DNA of 64,000 nucleotides from Hypanus sabinus (Eukaryota): NCBI RefSeq assembly GCF_030144855.1, contig NC_082718.1, positions 14,322,001 to 14,386,000 of the forward strand, read 5' to 3'. Shown piece by piece: positions 12,901 to 26,025 of this stretch (position 1 is its first letter; each line of letters starts with the position of its first letter). The notes under the pieces were generated by a model. It saw only the letters and a program-made list of their open reading frames with translations, ran no database searches and was not told where the DNA came from. The position numbers and the translations under genes were made by a program.

Positions 12901-15399
12901 ATGAATAGCGTTCCAGTTATAGCTGCTGGTAGGCCGCATAAATGGACAAACACTTCCGAAGCTCCCTTTTTAAATAACCGCTCCCAACCTGCGAGAGATG
13001 CCTCTTGGTAAAGCTCAGTTGACGCCACTGATCGGTCATGTACAATGTTCAAATGCATCCATGGATGAGGGTAGTATCGCATACTGTTCTAATATTAATT
13101 GTGCGTAATGTGATAATCGTATTGTTTAATGTGTATCAACTTTAAAAAGTGGAATGCTGAAGTTATGCAAAAAGGACAAGGACCATGGTGTTGTAATACA
13201 GAGAAAATGAATGCTGGCATAAAGATAGTATGACTTCAGGAAGCAAATGTTATCTTTGTCTTTATGTAATTTAAGTGTAGCATACTTGCTGGGGGTTCAT
13301 GGCAGTCCTATGGGTAGTAAACAGAATGAGAGGATGATAATGAACTGATAAGTATATTTGGATCAAAAGGAGGGAGATGTTGGCGAGGAAGAGCTAGTCC
13401 ACAAATCAGTGAATGTGAATGAATCAAGGACAGTGGAAGGAGACAAACCATTTGTCTTTGTTTTTGCCATGAGGTCAAAGGAATGGAGGCTGCAATTTTG
13501 AGAAGCTGCACAGCATCCTCCATTTTGTGAATTAAAGTTGCTTGGCTGAATCAGTGCTTTAAAGTAGACGCAATGATGCTCTAGGTAATCTGCTAGACTA
13601 GAGATGTTTTCCAAATAAGTTATTTGTGAAGTGTTCTTTGGTTAGATATAACATGCAGGTTTGTAAATAGCATGGTCTGTGTCTGCCCTGAGTGACTTGA
13701 GCTGGTCACAGGTTGGTAACTGATGTCAAACAAAGACTCATAAATTATCAGTTGTCACTTGCCAGAAATAGGGCAATAAATGGATGCTGGCTTGGACCAG
13801 AGCCAATAAGGTGTTCCAGGTCAGTCAGACAACACTGAAATGCAACATTCAAACTGGAAGGAATGAATATAAAAGCAACGGCTTTGAATACAAAATTGGG
13901 ACAACTCTCCAGAGACCAACCCTCGGGTTTGTGGAGTATCCCACGGACTTGTGGAAATCAGATCAGGACCATAAGGAACACATGGCCAGCATAGGCTCCT
14001 TTTCCTGGTATTACCTTTTCCACCCTTTGACTGTTCATGGAACATCAGGAAAACATAACAGATGTACACACAGGTATTCGGTTGTGTAAATTCATGTACT
14101 CTTCCATCGAGACAATAAAGGTATGTGTCAGGAATTACAGATTCTCTCTATGCTACTCTGATCATTATTACTAAGGGGAAAATCATTGTAACAAGACAAA
14201 ATTCACAAACACAATGGCAGACTGAACTAAAGTTGAGCTGACAATTGAGCACTGAACCAGAGTTCTGGTGCTCTTTAAATATTTAAATCCTGCTGCCAAA
14301 ACATGCCTGCTAATTAATGGAACTGGCCTGAATCTTTAAGGGGGCTGTGCAAACTATCGATATTCCAGAGAATCAGAGTGTCTAAAGGCAGGAAGCTGAC
14401 GTGTTTGGGTGCATACTGTAACACAATAGCACACTGTCTGTTACTGCAAGGGCTTTGGAGAACAAAGGCAAGGAAGTCACACTGATAATCTACGGCGTTA
14501 CAGTGAGACCTCATTTGGAGTTCAGAAGGTGATTTGGTCTCTATCTGAGACAGGAAATGCTTGCCTTGAGTCAGTTTGGCATTGATTTACCTGATGCATT
14601 TGTGGAGTGAAGGAATTGTCCATTGGAGAAGGATTGAGGAAAATTAGATTAAAGTCACTGCTATACAGATATAAACAACTGCAGGTGAAGCCTTTGCAAG
14701 TCTTAGGGTTCTGAGAGAGGTGAATGAGAGACTGTTTCTTCAGTCTCATTCTCAGGATGGTTTCTAAATTTCAGGATTTAGGAGTGAATGTTCATTGTGC
14801 AGAAAACGGGGGACGTCCTGAATATTCCACGTCAGGATTGTGGGTGATCGGAATGTACAGACTATCTTTATTACAATATGGGGGGGGGGCATCTCAATAA
14901 ATACAGCTGCCAGCCTGCAGTAAACTCAATTCCTCAGTGAAGGCCCCCAGGGTGGGAACCATTGGACATCACTATTCTCACCTCTGTGACCCCAGTGCAT
15001 CTTCAAAGTGCTTCCCCTTAATTAAATTCCCTCGGGTTTCCAAAAGAGACAATGATGCATCAAGAGCTCCACCAACACCACCTTCAAACAAACGTGTTTC
15101 AGGACAATTCCAGTTTCAACAACAATATCACATCAAAGGATGAAGTTTAAAAATGTGAGGTATGACAGAGGAAGACAAATGACACATCTTCAGAACAATA
15201 TGAGTGATACACAAGCATGCTGGTGCTGAAGAAGGTACTGAAACAGGATTGTGTTTAACCCCTATAGGATATGCAAACAAAAGATGATTGAATTAGACAA
15301 TAGTGGTGTGTTAGAATCTTACAGACAGCCTGGGTCAGAACAAATTTGTGAGATATAATCTCCTTGGAAACAAAGCCATTCTGACTCCCTAATCAACCC

Positions 15400-18300
15400 C
15401 AGTCATTCCAAAATCATGTATACCTATCCTTCAGAATCTGCTCTGGTAACCTACCTACCTCACATATTAAGCTCACTGGGCTTTGTTCCCTAGATTTTGC
15501 ATTGCAAACCGTTTTAAATAAAGGCAATACATTCGCTACCCTCTTGTCTTCGAATGCAACACCCATTGTGAATGTGGGATGTCTCAACCAACATTTCCCA
15601 CTTTCATCATGAGCATCCCATCATGTTCTTTGAAATATCTCATCAGACTCAGGAGATGTATCTACCTTCTCACATTTTAAAACATCCAGTACCTACTCTG
15701 CTGCTCTGCAGACTATTCCCAAGACATCCTCATTATCTCATGTTCTGAAGACTTCATGGTAAAAGCTCTGGTAAAGACAGGAGAAATATTCATTGAGGAA
15801 CTTCACCATTTCTGCAGCTCTACACAGAGATGTCCACTTTGGTTGTTACATTTCTTCCCAAATATAAAATATCTTGGAATTTCCCTGAATCTTCATTGCC
15901 AAAGCTACCTCAAGCACCCTTAATTTTCTCACTTGTTTCTTTGTATTCTCCTCTATCCTGTGTATTTGTTCTGGCATTCACTTGATCACAGCTGCTTGAA
16001 TCTCACACATGCTGTTCTCCTGAGCAGTGCCTCAGTGTCCCTCATTCCAAAATTTGATTCACAGTCGAAGAGTTATTCACCAGAGTTCTGGAAATCTTGA
16101 CACCACTCAGGGAGAGTCCACTCCTGAATTTTCAATGGGATTTTCCTGTGCACGGTCACCCTGTTTCCAGTTTAAAATTCCCTCAAGTGACGTCATCACA
16201 TTGCAGCAGGAAAACCTCATCTGCAGTGAGATGTTCAACTCATTGACAGGATGAACAATAGTTCATGTTTACTCACTGAAGGTTCAAAGTCCAAAGTACA
16301 AGTATTATCAAAGTATTTATAAATTAGACAACCTTGAGATTTGTCTGCTTGTGGTGGCAACAAAGCGAGAAACCTGAAAGTGCTCAATTAAGAGTCCCAC
16401 ACCCAATGTGCGGAGAAAGAAGAAAACACAGATCATGCAAACAATAGAGGCAAGCAACAGTATTCTGAGCCAAATTGAGTCCTTAGACCCAAATCACTAG
16501 AGCAGCTGGAGTAGGCCAAAGCCTCAGTTTCAGTTCATCATGTAGCGGGGCAAATTGCCACAAAGCTCGCAGACATGAAGCTCGCACAGCAGCCAGAGCC
16601 ATCTCACAGCCTCAGCTCTGCAGAAGGAGTGAAAATCGCAGAGGAGCGAGCAGCATTGGCCTGACCCTCGCCTCCAGTCCTGACACCCTGCCTTTTCAGT
16701 CTACCTTGGCTGGCATTTAAATTGTTTGAACTCCAGATTGTGCCTTGTGTTAGGACCCGAGCCCTGCCTCAGCAATGCACTCTAGGCCAACATCTTGCTC
16801 CTCGGTCTGAAGCCATTCTCGACATCTCCAGATCACCTCAGTGCTTAGAGCGATCCAACCTCACACCCACTTTAGGTGGATGGACATCGAACCATGTTTG
16901 CCTCGACCCTCTCTGAATAGCTCGCTCTAGTTCCATCCCCAACATCGACACCACCTCCATCTGCAATCCCACCTCTAACACGTTACATTCTGTCTTTACA
17001 AAGCACCAGCACGTGTCATCCCTTGAGTCAGCCTCACCTCTACATTGTTTGCGGTGATTGTTTACCACAATTTGCCTCATAACAAGTGTTATTAATGTTA
17101 TTAGTCATATTTCTTCCCTTTTGAACTACCATAAGGCTGTCCCCCAACTGCAGTAATGCCATTTTAAACCAGAAGAACAGACATCTGCAACTGGAAATGC
17201 AGGATTTGCTGAAACAAAAAAATCTAAACTTTGATTGCCTCTCTGGCAAAGTTAATGAACTTGTAGATTTCTCCCCATTATTTTCAGGACCAGGAATCAC
17301 AATTGATTCCTCACCCACAAGACTGGGGGTTGCTTCTGACAGTAAAAGGCTAACACTGAATTACATTCTTTGTCCTCACAGAGATCTGGGACCTCTCCAA
17401 TCTCCAAAATTACATCTCTTCCTTGGCTGTTGTTACTCTCTGTCTCAGCTTCCTAACCTCGGGACAATTCCAGGCTGCTGGTACCAGCTTCTGCACATCT
17501 CACAGCTTGCTGCTCCCTGCTCAATTAGAGAACTCACACACACTCCATAATTCAGAAGGTTTCATACATTATCCTTCTACCCAATGAAACAGGCTTCTTC
17601 TGAGACCAGTGTTTATAAAGCTCCCTCTCACGTTCTTACAGACACCTCATTGGCAACTTCCTGCAGGAACCTAAAAGAGATTCTCCATTACCCCTCTAAC
17701 ATCCTGCTGTTCCCCCTCCTCCCCCATGTACAGAGAACATGCCTCTGCCAGGCCTATTTCTCACCAGTCTACCCAAGACCCTGGCATACTCTGGGTACAA
17801 TCTCTGACGGCCCCAGTCACTGCAGCATCCATCCACTCAGTGGCAAACCTGCCCTGCAGCTGGAAGCTTGTGCTGTTTGGCTCTTTAAAGGTTGGTTGGG
17901 AAAAGGGCATCTATGAAATTCAAAGCCAGCAGCTGTGAGAGGACAGTGCTCAAATGAACAATGTGCTTCTGAGCCTGGGGTTACTCTGAGAAACTGGTTC
18001 ACACTGCTTTCTGTGTCTTGGAGTTAAAGATCTCCATCTTTATGCAGATTTATGCAGGATGATGATCCCTGCTGAACTAAATCCATGAAAGTTATGATAC
18101 CAATTTCTAATCCTGAGCTTCACTTTAAAGAACTGCCTTCCCTTGAGGGGAGTTTTGATGGTAGGGTGTATAAATGCATGAAAGGTTTAGGGTGAATTAT
18201 GAGAAATATTATAATGAGTGGGAGGGGCACAATTGGTAAAAGAAGCAAAGTTTCACATAAGCAAAACACACCTAAACACAAACGTATGGTAAGTAGTAAG

Positions 18301-18640
18301 ATTTGGCCAGATGGGCACACAAGCCCATTCAATATTCCCATCTATGAATGAGTCTAAATGTACTTATACCCAGACTTTCATGTGGACATCTTTACCCGCA
18401 GACCCCCTGTCAATCTTCCCACTCTTTCATCTGAAATCTCCGCCTTCCAGTTTTAAACTCCTTTGTCCTGGGAAATAACATGTGGAGAATTTACCCCTTT
18501 GTTCCTCATAAACCTCAACAAAGCCAACACTTACCCTCCTTTTCAGGAAAGCAGTCCCAGACTCTCCAATCATCCCTTTATAAGTGAAGGTCTCCAGACC
18601 TAGCAACATTCCTGTGAATCTTTTGTGCACTCTCTCCTGC
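15400..18640 (+). repeat. Old segmental-duplication unit, copy A (paralogous to ~41900-43990)
   Basis: Shared collinear blocks such as 'gagaaatattcattgaggaacttca', 'catcacattgcagcaggaaaacctcat', 'cagtcactgcagcatccatccactcagtggcaaacctgccctgcagctggaagcttgtgctgttt', plus shared flanking CR1 fragments. Confidence 0.85.
16281..17040 (-). mobile_element. Non-autonomous retroposon with a Rex1-type tail, inserted in copy A only
   Basis: Begins 'ggttcaaagtccaaagtacaagtattatcaaag...acaaccttgagatt'; absent at the equivalent position of copies 42360 and 45980. Confidence 0.55.
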
Positions 18641-18946
18641 TTCATCACATCTTTCCTAAAGCATAGCAAGCAGAACTGCACAAAATACTCCAATAGTTTT
18701 TGAACCAATGATTTTTACAGCTGCATCATGAAGTCCCAACTCCTGTACTCAGTGCTTCAACTAAGGAAGGCAAACATGTCACATGCTGTCTTCTCACACT
18801 GTCTACATGTGTCATTGCTTTCTGGGATCTGTGTTCTTGTACCCCTAGGTCTCCCCAACCAATAACGCTCTTCAGGACCCTGCCATTAACTGTGCAAGTC
18901 TTGATCAGGTTTACATTGTGAAATGCATCACTTAACACTTGTCTGG

Positions 18947-20070
18947 TTAAATTTCCTTTTCCAAAGATAAACAGGACAATCCGTCAGCCTTTCCATGATT
19001 AGTTGTCCTCTTGAATTCAATCTTGTAATTGTGGCCTCCAAGAAACAGAGCACAAGTCTGCATTTGTGGTGTTGCTGTTAGTAAAACACTCTTCTGTAGT
19101 CTGAAAATAGACACTGGTGGTTGATGATCGGCCACAAGGAAAAGCTCTCTCCCATACAAGTACTGTTAGAAAGTTTTACACCCCAAACCAGATTCAAGAA
19201 TTCTCTGTCAATCTGAGTATAATTTTTCTCCGCAGCAGTAAGAGAGTGTAATGCTAAGGTTATAGGGCATTCACTTCCATCATAAGGCATCACAAGCGAG
19301 CTTCACTGAATGATGTGGATCATGAAGTGTGAGTACAGTGGCTGACATCACCATTTCCTTTACCCTTTGCAAAGTCACCTCACATTGCTATGTCCAATGA
19401 CATTTTTTCCCAATCTATAGCAATGAGTTCAAGTGCTGGCACACAGTAGCCAGGTTTGGCAGGAACCTGTTATAGTAATTGACAAATTGTAAAAAGGACT
19501 GCAGCTGTGATACTTCCTTTGGCCTTTGAGCATCCACCACTAATTGAATTTGTGTCTAAATATTGTGCATCAATGGTGTGACCATAGTGAGTTATGCTTG
19601 GTTTAAAGAATTATTCACACTTGTGTCTTTCTCTGAGCCCATAATCTTTTAATCATTTTAACACTGTCTTGAATTTTTGCAGATGTTTTTGTCATCTTTA
19701 CTGGTAACAATGATGTCATCTGGGTAACACTGAGTGTATGGACAGTCTTGCAGCACCTGATTCACAGTTTTCTGTCAGAGCGCAGCTAAAGATGCTGCTT
19801 CAAAAACAAGCCTATTACCATGGTAAAGCCCTTTGTGAGTGGTTATGGTGAGAAATACTTTGGGTGCTTCTTCTACCTCGATTTGTACATAGGCCTCAGC
19901 CAAGTCCACTTTGCTGAAGTGTTTTCCTCCAGAAAGGCTTTCAAATATATCCTCCATCCTGGAAAATGGTTATTGACTATTTATTGACCGGGTTGATGGC
20001 AAACTAAAAATCACCATAGATACTGACAGCCCCATTTTCCTTGGCTACTGGGTGCATTGGCGTTGCCCAT
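18947..20070 (-). mobile_element. Gypsy pol fragment (RT/RNase H; K02A2.6-like)
   Basis: 'LSGGKHFSKVDLAEAYVQIEV..LTITTHKGLY', 'SLTAAEKNYTQIDRE', 'DHQPPVSIF..HGKADGLS'. Confidence 0.85.
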
Positions 20071-20893
20071 GTTGATAGGGTCTCAGATGGTGATGAGAGG
20101 GCGTACAGGAGTGAGATATGCCAACTAGTGGAGTGGTGCCGCAGCAACAACCTGGCACTCAACATCAGTAAGATGAAAGAGCTGATTGTGGACTTCAGGA
20201 AGGGTAAGACAAAGGAACGCGCACCAATCCTCATAGAGGGATCAGAAGTGGAGAGAGTGAGCAGCTTCAAGTTCCTGTGTGTCAAGATCTTCGAGGATCT
20301 AACCTGGTCCCAATAAATTGATGTAGTCATAAAGAAGGCAAGGCAGTGGCTATACATTATTAGGAGTTTGAAGCGATTTGGCATGTCAACAAATACATTC
20401 AAAAACTTCTATAGTTGTACCTTGGAGAGCATTCTGACAGACTGCGTCACTGTCTGGTATGGAGGGTTTACTGCACAGGACTGAAAGAAGCTGCAGAAGG
20501 TTGTAAATCTATTCAGCTCATTTTGGGCACTAGCCTACAAAGTACCCAGGACATCTTTAGGAAGCGGTGTCTCAGAAAGGGAGTGTCCATTATTAAAGAC
20601 CTCCAGCACCCAGGGCATGCCCTTTTCTCAGTGTTAGGAGATACAGGAGCCTGAAGGCACACACTCAGCGATTCAGGAACAGCTTCTTCCCCTCTGCCAT
20701 CCAATTATTAAATGGATTTGAAGCTTTGGACACTACCTCACTTTTTTTATTATTACATTTTTTATTATTATTACATGTTATTTTATTACATAATCTAGAA
20801 GAGAGAGAGATTATGTATTGCATTGAACTGCTGCTGCTAAGCTAACAAATGTCATGTCACATGCCGGTGATAATAAACCTGATTCTGATTCTG
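20071..20893 (+). mobile_element. Rex1/Babar LINE 3' portion
   Basis: 'AYRSEICQLVEWCRSNNLALNISKMKELIVDFRK..VERVSSFKFL'; tail aataaacc(tgattc)n. Confidence 0.88.
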
Positions 20894-20944
20894 GTATTCC
20901 TTTTCTATCTCCCATTGTAATTTACTACTGTTTGGGGGTCTATA

Positions 20945-21192
20945 TATGGATTTGCACCTTGGAAAGTTTCCAGGGCTGGGCAAGGTTTTTTTATAGAAGA
21001 CCGGCAAGTCTCCCCTCTCCAAGTAACCGATGTTGTCCAAGGGAAGGACATTAGAACCCATACAGCTTGGCACCGGTGAGCAATGTGTGGTTAAGTGCCT
21101 TGCTCAAGGACACACATGCAGCCTCAGCCAAGGCTTGAACTGGCGACCTTCAGATCACTAGACAAATTCCTTAACCACTTGGCTGCGCACCA
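20945..21192 (-). mobile_element. tRNA-derived CORE-like SINE within a CR1 fragment
   Basis: A/B-box-like head, core 'gtgtgtccttgagcaaggcacttaacc'; second copy at 36755-37062. Confidence 0.75.
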
Positions 21193-22865
21193 ACATGAGG
21201 TCTATATACAACTTCCATCAGGGCCTTTTTATCCTTGCAGTTCCTTAGCTCTATCCACTGATTCAACACCTTCTGACCCTATGTCACTCTTTCTAATGAT
21301 TTAATTTCAGTTTTTACCAACTAGCAGCACTGTCCACATTACCTTCCTGCCGATCCGTTTGGTACAATGTGTATACTTGGACTTTAAGCTCCCAGCTATA
21401 ATCTTTCAATCATGATGCTGTGATGCCTACAACATCATACCTGCCAATCTGCAACTATGCGACACATTCATCTACCTTATTCTGTATACTACATGGAGGG
21501 CTTGGGACTTTAAGGGATATGACCCAAACACAGGTAACTGGGATCAGATGGTTAGCAGCTTGGTCAGCATGAATTTGTTGGGCTGAAGGGCCTGTATCCA
21601 TGCTGTATTGCTCTATCACTCTGTGACTCTCTAACTCCATTCCTTCATCCAAGTCAGTAACATTGATGATAAATTCTTGAGGTTCATCACTGACTCCTGC
21701 AGCTTCCCGTAATGACTGATTTCAATCAGAGATCAATCTATTTATCTTAGTTCATTACTTACTTTTTGTTGTCTTGGGCACAGAGACTTGAACTATAGTC
21801 AGCTGCCAATGACAGTTGACCCTTATCATCTGCATATCTGATACCAGACTCCCAAAACAATAATGATCTCTGTGACACAGTAGCCAATGAGCTGTGTGAG
21901 GTGTTGATCTGCGTTGTATAATTCTAGTGTGCTCCTGAGTAATGCATATATTACTGTTTAGAAGCGTAGAAGTGTCTTTGTGAATTGCATGTACCATGTG
22001 GTATAACCTCGATACATTGTTCAATCAGACACTGTTGTTTAGTTCAGAGTTATGGCCTTCAGTGAAGAGTGTTCTGTTGATAGTTCTGTCGGAGCTTTCC
22101 CCATCACAAGGAGGCCATTGAAACTACAGGGAGGATTCAATGTAACTTTGAGCTTTGGTTCAACAGTAACCCCCAGACTAGAGCAAGAGGAATCGGTCAA
22201 GGTAACTGTTCCTGAAATAATTGGGCATGCAATCAAAAAACATTCAGAAATTTTAGCAACTTTGCAAGAGGAAGAGGGAGACAACGTTCTACTTTCCAAT
22301 TAAATAGAACAATTTCAACAAATGCTGCTTATTCAGTCAGTACAGAGAACTTTGACCTTCGGGCCAGTGAGTTGAACATCTCACAGGAGATGAGGTTTTC
22401 CTGCTGCAATGTGATGTCACTTAGGGAGATTTAAACAGGAAATGAATTGACTGGGTAAAGGAAAATCCTAGTGAAAGGTCAGGAGTGGAATACTACAAAT
22501 GATATCAACACTCCCAATATTCTTTGCAAGTTCAGCCAATTCGAAACAGACAATATTTGGTTGCAGTTGTGCAAAGGAATTTCCAGGCCCATTTTATCTT
22601 TCATCAGCCCATTCAGTGTTGTAAAATGTGTAATCAACCCAGTAAATCCCTCTGAGTCCTTTCATCAGCCTTTGTCTCACCTCTATGTGTGGTGAACAGG
22701 ACCCAACACTCCAGGTGTGGCCAAAGAGAAAGAGTTAATTTTGCAAATTCAGTGTCACCTTCTCCTGAGTGTAGAACTGGAGGGGAAGCAACAGTGGGAC
22801 AGGAAGGCTGCTGAAAACTGGACTCACACAGCAACAAACACACAGCTCAGGATGCAATTCTCTTT

Positions 22866-22871
22866 TTTATT
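22866..22871 (-). terminator. Poly(A) signal of the C-type lectin gene
   Basis: AATAAA ~115 nt after the stop codon, followed by a GU-rich element (gctgtgtgtttgttgctgtgtg). Confidence 0.8.
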
Positions 22872-22986
22872 GGCTGGGAAACTCAGAGAGTACAGTCTCC
22901 ACAGACAGTGAGAGTGGCTACAAAGCAATCAGGCACTGAATCCACAGCTGGAAATGATGAGTGGATGAATCAGGAGTCTTCCAAAT

Positions 22987-23057
22987 TCAGTGATATTTGT
23001 AGGCGCAGACATAGTACAGACGAGCATTGCAATTAATATCAAACCAAGTACTGGAAC
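22987..23057 (-). CDS. Secreted C-type lectin, exon 6 (last coding)
   Basis: Acceptor ttttctctgttcttag; phase 1; (G)SSTWFDINCNARLYYVCAYKYH*, the CTLD terminal W-x-D-x-x-C-x7-C. Confidence 0.93.
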
Positions 23058-24156
23058 CTAAGAACAGAGAAAATGAATCCAACATTTACCAAGATGTAGA
23101 TCAGCAAATTATTATCAATTTTGGAAATCTGAAGGAGATGCAGGAAATACTCAGTAGGTCAGGCAGTAGGTGTAGAGAGAACAACAGGAAGGTCATTAAC
23201 AGAAACATTATCTCTATTTCACTCTTCACAGATGCTGCCTCACCTGCTGAGTGTTTCCAGCATTTTCTGTTGAATCTAAATGTTTCCTCATTTTGAGTCA
23301 GTGTCTGTGGGCTGTGAATTTTCCCTGATCTTGATCCATGAGTTTGATGTGTAAATAAAGGGAGTCACTTCCTGTTGTGATCCATGTGCACTCTGAGTCT
23401 GTGTTGCTGAAATCTGACACCTCACAACATTCACTGGGCGTTTGAGCTGTTCCAGGCCAATATGCCTGGCTCACCCTGGGCTGGAACTCACTGTGTGAAC
23501 CGGACACTGTTACTGTCCCATTAAAGATAAACTGAACCCTTGCTCTTTCATGGATATTCAAATGGAAGCAGAGTCCGGAATCTTGAGAGATGGAACTTCA
23601 GTGACAGATCACTTGGGGAATAATTCTGCAGTGGATTGGTTGGTTCGGAATACCACATGGAGTTATGCAGAAGATAAACAATATGTTTCTGCTTTCATAC
23701 TCTATTCAGTCAGAACTTTTGTTCCACTTCTATGATCTTCTTTAACTGCAGTGTCGTACTGAGGGTTCCTCAGAACCTGATGTTACAACCCTTGTGTGAT
23801 TCTCCACCTGCACAGTTACACTCAGCTGATCCTGAATAAGTATATTCAATGTAAAATATTAACTCTGTTGTTCTCTCCATAGATACTGCCTGACCTGATG
23901 AGTACTTTGTGAAAATGCTGCTTTTATCTCAGGTTTCCAGCATTGTCTGCTTTTTTTCATTTTCATACACTGTCTGTTCCCCTGATCCTGGCGTTACATC
24001 CCATTTACCCTCCTCTAACTGCTGGGCAATGAGTTTAGTTCTGCAAAGCACTGTACTCATGGGGTTTATTCAGTCCCTCTGAGTAAAGACCAGCATATTT
24101 TGACAATATCCTGTTGAATGCCATGTCAAAAATCAAAGGAACTAAAATATACTTAC

Positions 24157-24265
24157 CGCTGTTAGTGTACGTACAGAGTTGTCTACGTTTAGGATCCAGA
24201 GGTCTTCCTTCAGCCCAGTTCATGTATCTGATTGAAGTTTCATCACTCCACAAGAAATTCCCATT
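24157..24265 (-). CDS. Secreted C-type lectin, exon 5
   Basis: ctccacag / gtaagt; 109 nt; NGNFLWSDETSIRYMNWAEGRPLDPKRRQLCTYTNS. Confidence 0.94.
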
Positions 24266-25065
24266 CTGTGGAGTATAAATCGGTGATTATTTCTGTAGGA
24301 ACACTGAGTAACCTGGCATTTATTGGTACAGGGCAGAGATGGACATGATCGTGAGTGAGACCAGAATACAAGCAACCGGTTCAAACCAGACAGTGAATGA
24401 GATTTTAAATGATTGACTGAGAGTGTGGAGGAAATCTTGTGGAAGTAACAGAATCCTCAGAATGAAAGAAATCAGATCTGAGAGTGAAGGTCACGGACCT
24501 GGAATAATGCCAACTCAGAAAATGAGGGAAAAGGTAGCCATTGAACATTACCACAAACTAGATGGTGCCTGGCCTGTTGAATCCCTCCAGCATTTTGTGT
24601 GTGAACGTAAACACAAAATCTGATCTCTCAAAGAAAGGTGGTTAAATAATTGAGAAAGGACTCAGTGGCACTGGTCAGGCCAGCATTTATTGTCTTTCCC
24701 TGATCACCCTCTGACCATTTCAGAGGGCAGGTAAGAGTCACACATTGATGGATTCTGGAGTCACAGTGAGGCCAGACTGGGGAAGGATGACAGATTCCTC
24801 ACCCTGTAGAACCTGATGAGTTTTTACAACAGTCTAGTGGTTTCATTGTCACCATTACTGATGGTAACTATTTTCCTCCAATTTACTGCATTTCGTTTAC
24901 TTAAATCCAAAATTCCATGGCTGCTGGGATGGGATTCAAACTTGTGTCCCTGGATCACTAGGATACACCCAAAAACAACCATTTCACTGTCTCCCCCCTG
25001 TTACTCTGCAGGACATCAGGTAAAATTCTAACTGTGGTGGCAATGCAATGTCATTGCTAGTTTAC

Positions 25066-25206
25066 CTTGCAGAAGTCCTTGAAGCCAATCCAAACTGCTC
25101 GCGAACCTCTGGTCACCCGTCTCACCACCTTGGAAATGAACTCGTTGTGCTCACATGAAGTCACAGAAGCCAGCTGTCCATAATGTTTCTCTCTGTTGCA
25201 GGACAT
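25066..25206 (-). CDS. Secreted C-type lectin, exon 4
   Basis: ttttttaaag / gtaaac; 141 nt; MSCNREKHYGQLASVTSCEHNEFISKVVRRVTRGSRAVWIGFKDFCK (LAS and WIG motifs). Confidence 0.94.
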
Positions 25207-25399
25207 CTTTAAAAAATATATATAATTGATGGGTTGATGAGAATCAGCATTTTACATCTTTCCACAGGGCCCTCAATAAATTGTCCGACCTGATGTTGGA
25301 AATTCTGCAACTTTGTTCCTGAGATGCAGTGTTCATCTTCTTCAGGCTCTTTGGTGTCAAAACCAGCTCTGTGTTAACTCCTGGATGTGGAGTTTCCCC

Positions 25400-26025
25400 C
25401 CTTTATTACTTTCTATTTTATATCAATGATCTTGATGTGAATGTACAAGGGATGATTAGTTAGTTTACAGCTAGTGCTAAAATAGGGAATGTTAAGAACC
25501 TGCAAGGCACAATTTGCTGAAAGTTGCATCACAAGTAGAAGGGATGGTGAAGAAAGAGTTTGGCATGGCAGACTTCATCACACAGGCCACTGAGTACAGG
25601 CATTGGGAAGTTACGCTGCAGTCAAACAAGGCATTGGTGAGGCTGCTCTTGAAGTATTGTGTACAGTTTTGGTTGCCAGGTTAAAGGAAAGAAGTTATTA
25701 AACTAGAAAGTGAAATCACATGGTCTTTCTCTCATGGAGGAGGTGCTAAAAACAAGGGGGCATCATTTTAAGATCAGAAGAAATAGAATTAAAAGGGTTA
25801 AAGGCAGCTTCTTCACACAAAGAGTGTTGTGCACTTGGGTTGGAATGAGCTCCAGAAATAGTGCTTGAGGGAGGAACAATAGCAGCATTCAAAAGCCATC
25901 TAAATAAGCACACGGCTTAGAGGGCTATTGGTCAAAGGCGGACAGATGAGACTGGCTCATCGGGCAGTAATGTCAGTATAGATGAGTTGGGCTGAAGTGT
26001 CCATTTCCATGCGATATGACCTGGG
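25400..26025 (+). mobile_element. Old CR1 3' fragment in lectin intron 3
   Basis: CR1 ORF2 C-terminal and 3' UTR similarity ('ttcttcacacaaagagtg', 'gggctgaagtgtcc'). Confidence 0.7.

Noticed and set aside
13300-14100. Non-repeat-looking stretch tested for a GPCR or other pseudogene
   Set aside because: No recognisable motif in the frames translated; many stops.
23298-23400. Alternative last lectin exon ('DSECTWITTGSD..' or 'PFIY')
   Set aside because: Lacks the terminal Cys pair; exon 22987-23057 has a better acceptor, the full motif and a poly(A) signal.
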